Assembly (NCBI GenBank): GCA_043228905.1
Contig: JBHGNT010000014.1
Location: forward strand, 1,612,001 to 1,676,000
From: Azolla caroliniana
Lineage: Eukaryota; Plantae; Polypodiophyta
Length of the DNA: 64,000 bases
Reading direction: 5' to 3'
Position numbers and translations under genes: made by a program. Positions 11,878 to 22,408 of this stretch are shown piece after piece (position 1 is the first letter of the stretch; every line of letters begins with the position of its first letter). The notes beneath the pieces were generated by a model. The model worked only from the letters and a program-made list of their open reading frames with translations, ran no database searches and was not told the DNA's origin.

Positions 11878-14800
11878 CTCGCCCCCTCCAAACTTGCACA
11901 TCCTCCGGTATGTGCCGAAGTTCCCGATGCCTGTTGTTCGTCTTCATCCGTAGCACTTTCCAATTCCTCCCTTATATCAACTATCAATTGTAGACGGCAT
12001 TCTTCGCTTTCTGCATCACCACAAGCTTTGTCCAATTGCTCCTCGTTGTCGGTCTTGTCTAAGCTTACATAAGATTCTTTGTTAGTCCGTTTCTTGAAAA
12101 TCTTCACCCATTTCCCCGATATAGGCACCCGTTGTACTGTTCCATCCAACTCGCATGGTCGGTAAGTTCCGTTGTCGAAAACTTTCCGAACTTCGTATGG
12201 CCCGAACAACCTTTTCGCGAACTTACGTATCGTTGTATGTTGATGATCCAGACTACTGTTATAGACAATCACCCAATCACCTTCTTCAATCTTTCGCGGT
12301 CGTAGTCGATTGTTTGTGTCGAATCGGCTTTTGTTCCGGAATCGCGCTTCCTGTTGTCGATGTGTTGCTTCCGCTATGTCTTCTGGTCTTCCCTCCAGTT
12401 GTCGTATTCGGACCGCTAGTAGTTCTTCCCGGCTCATCTCTTCCTTCCACGACAACACTGTCCATGTCGCAATTGTGGTTTCCGTCGACATTACCAGTGC
12501 TTGTCCGGTCATGAGTTCGGTTGGCATAAAACCGGTCACAGAACTATGCGTCGTACGATCCGCCCATAGTGCATACGGGAGCATCTGCAGTTAATCCTTC
12601 ACCCTTCCGTTGCATGCTTTTGCAAGTGCTTTGATGATTGGACTATGTCCTCGTTCGATCTTCCTGTTGGCTTCCGGATTGTATGCCGTTGTTAGTGTTA
12701 ACCAAACTCCATATTTGGTGAAGAATCCCCTAGCTTTATCAGAGTCGAGTTCTCCCCGATCCGCAATCACTTGTCCTACGCACCCGTACCTGCAAAACAC
12801 TTCTTCCAAAAGAAATTGGCATACCGTAGAACACGTTTTCCTCCGTAGCGCTCGACCTTCTACTTGGTTTGTGAGATCTTCCTGAGCTAACACCAAGTAC
12901 TTATTTTGTCCGATCTCGGTTGGCATGGCTACAATGTCGACCATCTATTTGAAGTTGATTGTCGGTGAGAATGTTAGATGTAACACATCTCGGTGTCGAA
13001 CCCCGGAGTAGACTTGGCATTTTTCGTAGCTTTCCGTGAACTCCGCGACATCTTTGTACATATTCTTCCACCAATATCTTTGCTTGATCTTCACAAATGT
13101 TGCCCATGTTCCCCGATGTCCAGCCCAATTGGATTCGTGAAATTCAGACATTATCTGGTTTCGTTGCTCTTTTGTCCTGACTACTCGAAGTGGTATGCCA
13201 TCCAGTCTTTTCAACTCCCTCCATATTAATCCATTTTTCAAGAAGAACTTTCGGACTTGCCGCTTCTTACTTCGGATCTCGACTCTCTTCTCTTTATTGT
13301 CCGATGATTCCTCGATTTCTTGTAGCACTTTCCCGATCAACAAGCTTTCTCCCTCGTATTCTTCTTACCAGAATTCTCGGATTACGTTCACTGGGCATAT
13401 GTGCTCCGAAGCAAAGTAGTCTTCGGAAACTTCTTCATTATCGGATTCGGTTATGTCGTCTCCAAACCGCGCCCTTGATAGCATATCCGCTACTGCATTG
13501 TCTTTTGCGGAGATATGTCGTACCTCCGGATTAATTGACTTAACATATGCAATCCACCTTAGCATAGCCACATCTGGTATAGTACAACACTGCATCATCC
13601 CGAGTATCGGAAGACAATCCGTTTCGATCACTACTTCGGCTTCGATCAAATAATCTCGATCCGATTTGATTGCCGACACGACTCCTCATAATTCTCTTTT
13701 GACTTGTGCATACCCGCGTTGCCTTCCACAACAAGTGATAGAGTGGGTCCGCAATATGTGCATAGTGCGGACCCAAGAAACCTTCGGACTTCGGATTGTG
13801 ACTCACATACTTCTTTCATAGCTTGAATCACATCGATCTTGGTTGGTGACGGTCTTCGGCCGTAGGGCCCACATAGATGTTCGACTACCAATATTTCTTC
13901 TTGTCCGAATGCCCATTTCTCTCCGAAAAGTGTTAGGTGCACATCTTCTAACTTTCGTAGCACTTTCTCGCAATTGCGAATATGGTCGACTACGAATTGT
14001 TGGCATCCCCGATCATCCATAGTCTCATCTTTTTCTTCCACCGTGCATCCTTTCATCGGAATGTCATCTAGGAACGTTATCTCCGAAATGCAGTCTCGAA
14101 GCACCTTGTTCATTGCATTCATCATATGTGCGACCGAGTTCGTTGCGCCTTGTGGTAGTGTGCACATACGGACTAATCCTATCGGTGTTCGCATGGTAGT
14201 GATGTCTCGGCTCTCCACGACAAGTTGGAATTGGTCATACTCGGATTATAGGTCTCCGATGGAGTATATCGCGCGTTCGGCAAATGCTTCCGCAAATTCG
14301 TCCACTATCGGACCGACTCCGGAGTTCTGTATCATGACCTTGTTCACTGGTTGCAAATCTTGAATAAACCGGAGTGACCCATTCTTCTTCGGAACTGTAA
14401 ACCATCGATTTGAGTACAGAGCGTTTGATGGCTCTAGAATCCCCATCGCCACCTTCTCCTTGAGCAAGTCGATGACTTTCGGAATATGCACCCGTGGCAC
14501 TGGAGTCGGCTTCAGGTTCCACGACACATGATCAATCGCGAAGATCACCATCAGCTCCACTATCTTCGAATCAACACACCCTATCTCCTTCGATGTGAAT
14601 GCAAATGCTTTTCCATGTTGTTCCAACATCTCACGAAACCGTTCTTCTTCTTTTTGTAAGAGGAAACCACCTCCACCAATCCGAAGTTTTTTCCGGGTCT
14701 CATCCGTGAAGGCATGTCCGATATCCAAGGACTTTTGAAGTGTCGGATCTCCCGAGACTTCTTTCCTCTTTTGTTCGCTATTGGCGGGTAGCAGTCCCGC

Positions 14801-15010
14801 GACCGGTTTCACTTTCTTCTCCACGGTCTTGTATTTCGTACTTACCATTGCTTCTTCTTTGTGGAGCGCATCAGGCCCCATTTTCACAATGATCTCGTAC
14901 ATCTCGACCGATTCCACCGGAACTACCCGGTCTCCCTGGCTATTTTCTTTCGCAAGCTCTTCAATTCGTTGTAGCGTGCTCCCATAGAACACTTCTTCAA
15001 CTACTCCCAC
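11865..15010 (-). pseudogene. Element A RT-RNaseH-integrase, broken by stops, frameshifts and a deletion
   Basis: YSNRWFTVPKKNGSLRFIQDL, TLPQGATNS, FLDD, TDCLP, NAVADMLSR, HESNWAGHRG, ADRGE, AYNPEANRKIERGH, GPYEV. Confidence 0.88.
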
Positions 15011-15162
15011 GATTTCTTCGTCTTCTTTTATTATTGATGCCGACTATAACTTATCCTCTACTTTTTGGTTTTCTTTCTTCATTCCTCTGGTTACGGCTAT
15101 GTACGTAGATGCCCCATCCGAACCGATTCATACTTGTTTTGCTTCGAGAGTTTTCTACCTGT

Positions 15163-15226
15163 GTGGGGTATCAGGGCTTCTTGGACTATCACTTCCCCAC
15201 TATGCAATAGTCTGCTCTAAAAATCC
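15163..15226 (-). promoter_or_regulatory. Putative -1 ribosomal frameshift signal (G GAU UUU, 7-nt spacer, H-type pseudoknot)
   Basis: Heptamer 15226-15220 lies just before the TAG ending Gag-PR. Stems GACUAUUGC/GUGAUAGUC and GUGGGG/CCCCAC. The -1 frame is the RT frame. Confidence 0.7.
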
Positions 15227-17260
15227 ATCTTTGTTTGGGACAAGAGCTCCCTCTTGTTCCTTTCATGATTCACAGGCACAATTAGGAATTGGATGAATTT
15301 CCCTCCGCTTTGACTGCGAATTCGTGCGAAAGCCGCACCGCTATCGAGCACCTTCGTCTCCATCCGTGATGCCGTGATAAAGGGTTGCCTGAGGATCACG
15401 GAGTGTGAGACCTCATCTTGCACGAAGAAATTTTGGTCTATCCCCACATCTCTGATCTTCACCATCAGATCTGGACAAGCTGCAAATAGGTATTTTGTTC
15501 CTTTAATGGCTGCCCGGATCTTCCATCCATGATTAGTGTTAATAGGCCACTTCCCCTTCCAGTAGAACTCCTTGGACATCAATCTGATCTCCGATCCATG
15601 ATCAATCAATGCTAGCACGGGCTCTTTGATGTTGCCGATTCGGACCGGAGTCTCCGTAGTTGCACGTGCCCAATGTGACCTTGTGTAGTGGGAGTTCGGA
15701 ATTTTGTCCTCCAATTCGGTGTCATTCATTAAAACGGTATTTGCATCCACCCTTGGAGCATTTTCATCCGTACTTTGTCTTTTTCTCTTCATGAGATCCA
15801 CAAGAAGATCGTGGAACTCCTTCTTCGCTATTCCGAGTAATTCCCGAAGCGAAAATTCTACCCGGCTATCGAGGATTCTCTCCTCGAACACCTTTTTCAA
15901 GTCCGTTTGTTGTTCGATGTCCGAGGCGAGCTTGAATGCTGGAATCTTCTTTTCTTTTCCCTTCCCTCTGGAGTTCCAACTTTCTGGTGTCTTTGATAGT
16001 CCAACCGCATCATCCATGCATCGTGGTTTCTCGTCAATATACACTTCATGCAATTGACATAAGGCGTACACACTATTCTTATTGATGGGGCACTCCCATC
16101 CCGTAGCTTCATGGATGCCTTCCGAGGTGCTTTGGATCTCATTGGAGTCGGTTTTCTCGGGGTTTTCTAGCACATCCGGCCAAAAAGACGCCTTTGCTCC
16201 CGATGACTCACCCACTCTTATTCCCGCGGTTGTCGCATAATTACCTTTTGCCGCTATTTCCTCCTCTAGGACCTTCTTCATGCCGCCTTTCCGGAAGTTC
16301 GGTCAGAGTGGCTTCCGAGAGTCCATCGAATGAATCTGATTTCCCTTAGAGTAGATAAGATTCCGTCGTAGCGCCTCGTGCTCGTCGCAATCCCTCTGAT
16401 CATGTTCGGTGCTATTGCACCATATGCATCGACGGTCCATATACTTGGAACTTGTGGGACGGTCATCCGATTTCTTCACCATTGCGATTTTCAGATTCTC
16501 CATCTCCTTCAACAACTGCTCCACCGTGGTTGCATCGATTCCCTTCTCGGTCGTAGTCTCCCGAGCCCATGGTTGATGGTCTTCCAATCCGGATCTCGAT
16601 TTTGGAATCGGTTCTGAAACCCTCTTTTCTTCGTTAGCCAGCCATTGCCCCCTCTTTGTATATCGTGTGACGATATCTCGCAGGTTATCCCATGTATCGG
16701 TGAGGCCACCCTCGGTGGTCGTGTCCTCTAGAAGCACTCCAAGATCTTTCCGGTCCTGGACGTCCATGGCTTGTAGGAACATGATCACTATGTCCGGTGC
16801 GAGGATAGCTTGATCTCTCGCGAACAACCTTCCGAACCGACTTTCGAATGCCGAAAACACATCGAGGACCTTCATCCCCTTGTCCGGCGTTTCCACCCAA
16901 TCTTCGAATCCTCTCCTCGTTGCCTTGGAGGAGTCCTCGATGGCGAATGTGTTCTTTAAGGCCTCTTCAAATGCTTCCCATGTCGGATTCAATTGTTGTA
17001 TCCCGTGGATACTCCCTTGAAGATCGTCGGTTGCCACCCGGTTGAAGGATGTCACTTGTAATCCGCACCGTAGTATTTCCGCCTTGTAATCTCGCAAATA
17101 CCGTGACACATCTTTCCCATTGAATTGCCCGTTCCGTTGCACGAGCCGCTCTACTGCCGCCGCAATCTCCGACATCGCGCGTTGTTCTTGTAGCATCCGT
17201 TCGAACATCGCCATCATGTTGTTAGCCTCTGGTTGAATTTCCATCTCCTTGCCACCCGGT
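15217..17260 (-). pseudogene. Element A gag-protease (one reading frame with one internal TGA)
   Basis: GQFNGKDVSRYL gag motif, CIWC..TEH...C knuckle, ALIDHGSEI protease site. ORFs 16303-17331 and 15217-16281 are in the same frame. Confidence 0.85.
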
Positions 17261-17278
17261 TTCACGTCGGGTTCACCA
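17261..17278 (-). promoter_or_regulatory. Primer-binding site complementary to the tRNA-Trp 3' end (element A)
   Basis: TGGTGAACCCGACGTGAA is the complement of TTCACGTCGGGTTCACCA, the 3' end of plant cytosolic tRNA-Trp. Confidence 0.85.
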
Positions 17279-17282
17279 CTTG

Positions 17283-18113
17283 TGTCATGCCTTTTGGCTC
17301 CAGATCGTTGCGTGAGTCGGGTGGGAACCACTAAGGTTTTGGACTAGGAGAAAGAAGAATATGAGATAAGGCTAGTAATGAATAGGTAGAAAGAGAGGTA
17401 AGTTATCAATCTCGTGAATCCCATGAGTTTAGTGTACTTAATCAATATTTAGATAGTAAGAGACAATTTAGATGACAAATTCGTGAATCCCACGAATGTA
17501 TTATATTGGTCCTCCTTACAAAATAATCAACAACCAAAAACATCTTTCTCTCTTCCTTATATAGTGATGGAAGAGGCTAAGCATAACATCATGCTTTCCC
17601 TAAAGTGTTCATGCAGGCTAGGTGTGCATGAGTTGCCTCCTCTCAACCATGCTTTCCATTTCCTAAATATAGTGTTCATGCACGCTAAGCATGCATGAGT
17701 AACTTTTCTTTTGTTTGCTTGTTTCTTCTAGATAAAGTTTTCACCCACTCTAAAAGTGCATGATCTGCCTTCTTGTAAAAGTAGGCGTAAATATAAGTCA
17801 TATATCATTTATGATAAGTTATTACAATAGTAAAGTTTGGGTTTATTTACATGGAGGTACAGGGTTCGAATCCTGCCCTATGCATGTAACAATCTTTTCT
17901 TCTATTTACAAGTTTGTTTCTTCATCCGGTGAGAGACTGTCACCGGCCTTCTTTATCCGGCTCTTGCCGGTTCTGCTTGATTTGTTTCTTACCAGGTCTT
18001 CTTACCAGGTCCTCCTTGCCGGTTCTCACCTGTTCTCCTTACCGGGTCCTCCTTACCCCATCCGGAGGAACGAAAATGCAATTTTCACGTAGTGTGCGAA
18101 TTACACTACCACA
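17283..18113 (-). repeat. Element A 5' LTR
   Basis: Match to 11032-11877; PBS adjacent. Confidence 0.9.
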
Positions 18114-19456
18114 ACGTTGTCGCGTTGTTACGCGCATGCGTGTAGAAGGGCGGGACCATGAGGGTCTTGGACTAGGGAGTAGAGGAGAAAGAATAAGACA
18201 CAAAATGGAAGCTTAGCTCAAGAGGAGGTGAGAAAGAATAAGACAATAACATAGAATAGATGGGGCAAGATGCTCAACAAGTTAGCTTAAGGAAACATAA
18301 ACGCTTTACAACGGTGGCAGCCATGGCCGCGCCAAACGACTATAAGAAAACCCTAAAGGAAAACCCAAGAAGAAAACCCTAACCGAAACCCTAAAACCGA
18401 ATAGGAAACCCTCGACCTAAGTGGTATGCCTCTCTCCCTCAAAATAGGCAATCCCCTCATAAGTGACCCCTCCCTTCTTTTTATAGCCCAAGGAGGGAGG
18501 GACCTTACAATGTGGGATAAAATTTCCTCTCTTATTTCTATACACCATTTCCTAGTATACATGTGCACATGGTGCACACCACCGATTTGCCTATTCTACC
18601 CCGGTTTCCGCCTATGGACGAAAATCTTCACGACATCCGCCCCCACCAAACCGCACATCCACCGATATGTGCCAAGAAAGGAGAAGAGGTGAGATTTTTC
18701 GGCCATGGTGATAAAACCGAGGTCCGTCGTGTCCTCGTTGGCCTTGCTCGGCTTTGTTTCCATTTCGAGCACGCCCGTCTGAACCGTCGTAGCATCCCGT
18801 TCCACCGTATCCGTCGCACGTCCTCGAGCCACGGCTCCAACCGATCCACCACGTCCACCGTGTGTCCCCGAAACATTGACTCCATCCGAACCGCCATATC
18901 CACCGCACGCGCCTTCCTCCCCGGTCGGTCCTCCCGAACGCCATTGCCAATCCGGTCACTCTTACTTTGTCCGCAATGTAGGTCCTCCGATTAGACCTTC
19001 GGTCACCCCGTTTGCTCGCCGGCTTCCGCCCCCCGCGTACCGCTTGTGTTCTATCTCTGGCTCGATCCTCTCTTCGTCTCGAACACCTCGTGCCGATTCC
19101 CTCCGTTCCGCGCTCACCTTCCGTAGGCTCTTTCCGTGTGCCCTTGTTGTCTCCCGAACATGCGCTCGTTCTTTGGTCCCTCGGCGACCTCATTACGCGC
19201 TCCTTGCTTCTCCTTTGCTCTCCGTGCTCTCTCGCCGTAGAGCATACCATCATCCCGACCACCATGTCAGCGTCCTTTGCGACTCCCGTTACCGCTTCAT
19301 CCCGACTCTCGTCCTCTTGGCCCGCTTGGCCTCGCATGCCTTTCGGGACGCCGTGCTTCCTCTTCCCGGCGTGTAGCCCATTGCTCTCCACGCACCTCCC
19401 CTGGTTCTCAAGACATAGCCTTTCATGCTCGCCGATCATCCGCCCATACCGGCACC

Positions 19457-22408
19457 TCACCGCTTCGTCTCTCGCCACGTGCATTCCTCGCAAAGGCTCG
19501 TATGTCCTCCGGGTGCGCTCCCGATCTCTCTGATCGCACTCCGGATTCCGCCATTTTCGTGCCGCGTATGTTCCTCCTTTGGTTTTATCGCCTCCACATG
19601 CCAAACACCTCGGTGTGTCGACTCTTCCCCCGCTCCGTGCTTGCCTTCCGTAGGCTCTTCCCGTGCGCCGATGTTGTCCCCCGAATATGCGCTCATTCTT
19701 TGGCCCTTAGGTGACCCCATTATGCGCACCTGGATTCTCCCTTGCTCTCCGTGCTCTCTCGTAGTAGAGCGTACCGTCATCCCGACCTCCGTGTCAGTGT
19801 CCCTCGAGGCTCTCGTTACCGCCTCGCCTTGACTTGCGCCCTCTTGGCCCGCCTGGCCCGCTTGACCGCACACATCCTTTGGGATGTCCTGTTTGCTCTT
19901 CACAGTACGTGACCTTCTGTTCTCCACGCATCCCCTCCGTTTTCCCAGACACAATCCTTCGTTCATGCCGATCACGCTCGTCTCGTTCTGTCGATCTTGG
20001 CGTCTCGTCGCACCGTCCGTCGTCCCGCGCTTGCCTCTCGAAGGCTTCCTCCGACCGTCATCGTCGGTCACTCGTTGCGGCTCCTCCGAATGCACGTTTG
20101 CTTCTTGGCCCTTCGCTGGCCGTAGTGCATGCTCCGTTTTACGCCGTAGTGCATACTTCATATTACGCGCCTCATCCACCGTAGACTTGACCTCCGCGTC
20201 GGCCACTTCTTCCTTTGTCGCCGTAGCCCGTTCCGACTCGGGCTCGCCATCTTGGACCCGCTCATCCATCATCTCATACCGGATACCCGTTCAAATAACT
20301 TTGTCCGCTTCGGCCTCCGACTCCTCGCCGCCACCCACCGTCTCTCCGGTCTCACGTTGATCCGCAACCGTTGAAGTCTCTAGAATGGGTGTGGAAGGTC
20401 CCTCTCGCTCTCGGTCTTCCACCAAGCCGTGATCACCGTGCCCGCTAGGCCTCCTCAATACGCTCACCGGCTCTCGTCGCGTGTTGTGACCCGTCCTCCT
20501 CGATCTCCAATCGGACCGGCATAGCCTTCGCCCGGATCGGTCTCGACCGATCGTGATCCGGTTCGGTCTTCTCTCTTTCACAATTGTCACCGGCCGAACG
20601 ATTCCGAGCTTGCCGACTCTTCTTCGGTTTGGGCCCGGTTCGCCGGCCCTCGCTCCATTCTTCTTTCGTGCCGTCTTCCGGTCGTGTCGGTTCCCAACTC
20701 TCCCCTTTCCACTCATGACCTCTCCGTCGGTCCTCTCGTATATGCCCGTTCCGGGCCTCGCATCCTCATCTTCGTACGTACTCGCTCTGAGCCACGCCTC
20801 CTCACGGCCGCCGCCCATCTCTCCGGTCTCACGTTGGCACTCGGGCACAACCGCTGAAGTCTCCGGCCCCGGTGTTGAGGGGTCTTGCCTCCGTCTGCTC
20901 CAATCTTCCTCGTCGTCATTTCGGTCACCCGCCTTGCCGTCGCCACCGCCCGTCGCTCTAGGCCACACGCCGACACTCAGGCCGACCGCCGGAGCCTCTA
21001 GGACTGCTGTGGGTAAGGTCCCGACACCTCCGCTCGTCATTGCTGTAGCCGCCTCCGTCCGGACGTCGTTGTCCGTGGCTCCCCCATCTCCGATTCCGCA
21101 AGCCTCGATTATGCTTGCCGCCCCTTCTTCCTCACTTTCCTTTCCATTGTCTTGGTTGCCCTCCTTGTCGTCGCCACCGCCTGTTGCTCTAGGTCTCACG
21201 TCGGCACTCAGGCCGACCGCCGGAGCCTCTAGGACCGGTGTGGGTAAGGACTCGACACCGCCACTCGTTTCGTTCGTAGCCACCTCCATTCGGTCATCGT
21301 CGTCCGTGGCTACCCCATCTCCGTTTACGCTTGCTGCCACCTCTTCCTCGTCGTTCTCGCTGTCGTGGTTGCCCGGCTTGCTGCCGCCACCGCCCGTCGC
21401 CCTAGGTCTCATGCCGGCACTCGGGCCAGCCGCCGGAGCCTCTAGGACCGGTGTGGGTAAGGACCCGGCACCGCCGCTCGTTGTGTCCATAGCCGCCTCC
21501 GTTCAGACGTCGTTGTCCGTGGCTAACCCGCCTCTGATTATGCAAGCCTCAATTATGCTTGCCGCCTCCCCTTCGTCATCGTTTCGGCCACCCGCCTTCC
21601 CGCTTGATGTTTTGGGCCACCGTGCCCCAAATCCTCCGCCCACTCTCGAAGTGGCGCTTCCCGCTCCGTAGTCATTGGCCTCATCCATGGTTGTCCATTC
21701 GCCACAAGATGAGAGGGTCGCTTGCTCCAGACCCTCTCCCATGTCGCCGTTGCACGCTCTTTCAGCCTCAACATAGGCCCCGTCCTCCACGCGTAGGGAC
21801 GCTTCTTCCTCCGCATCCCTCGATCCGCTTGGGCCCAACTCCGTAATAAGCCCTTCCTCGGCTTTGAACTTCACCTTCACGCTCTCGCACGCCTCCCATA
21901 CCAATGCCTCGAAGTCGTACTCCTCTGGTTCATCGCGTGTCAAGCTCTTTTCCGGCGGTGGTGTGTAGCCACCCACCGCCCTCTCTTTTCCGTCGCTTGC
22001 GGGCCAAGTCGTTGCCGACCGCTCCCCATCATATTGCCGGCATACCCACTTTGGTTTCGCGTATTCGTATGCCTCCATTAGAGCTCCCTTGAAGGACTCC
22101 CACGACTCATGAGCTTCTTGAAGCTCCTTGACCTCTTTATGCACCGATACGGCCGCCACTCGACGAAAATACTCTAGCCCCATCGCTTCGTCCACGCCCC
22201 ACTCCGTCATCTCGGCATCGTACGCTTCCAAGAACCTCGGGACATCGTCCCCGTTGAATCGGCCGACTCGATCGACCACCCTCTCGAAGGCTTGTTGAGC
22301 CGCATCTCGCCTCGCCTTTTTCCTTCGCGCATCCATTACGATCTTTGCCATCATCTCCTTGAAGTCGAAGTCTTCTTCCATCTCCGTCCTCCCTTGCCGC
22401 CTCTTCAC
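19457..22408 (-). pseudogene. Element B gag N-terminus fused to a long repetitive low-complexity extension (one frame, two internal TGA stops)
   Basis: VGRFNGDDVPRFLEAYDAEM aligns to the gag of A and C. ORFs 21503-22408, 20291-21490 and 19457-20272 are all in the same frame. Confidence 0.75.
20900..21600 (-). repeat. Coding tandem repeat in element B (about 3 units of 60-80 codons: ..TSGG.G.LPT.VLEAPA.G.S...PRATGGG..)
   Basis: Repeated peptide in ORF 20291-21490; repeated cggagcctctaggac at about 20990, 21221 and 21434. Confidence 0.85.

Larger units (their letters stand above)
11032..18113 (-). mobile_element. Element A: full-length but decayed Ty3/Gypsy non-chromovirus LTR retrotransposon, tRNA-Trp primed
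   Basis: LTRs 11032-11877 and 17283-18113 (TG..CA), PBS 17261-17278, PPT GGAGGGGGCGAG next to 11878. Gag-PR-RT-RH-INT fragments. 4-bp TSD GCGT/ACGT. Confidence 0.92.

Noticed and set aside
20553-21671. 372-aa plus-strand ORF in element B as a separate antisense gene
   Set aside because: Mirror of the GC-rich repeated sense frame, with no independent evidence.
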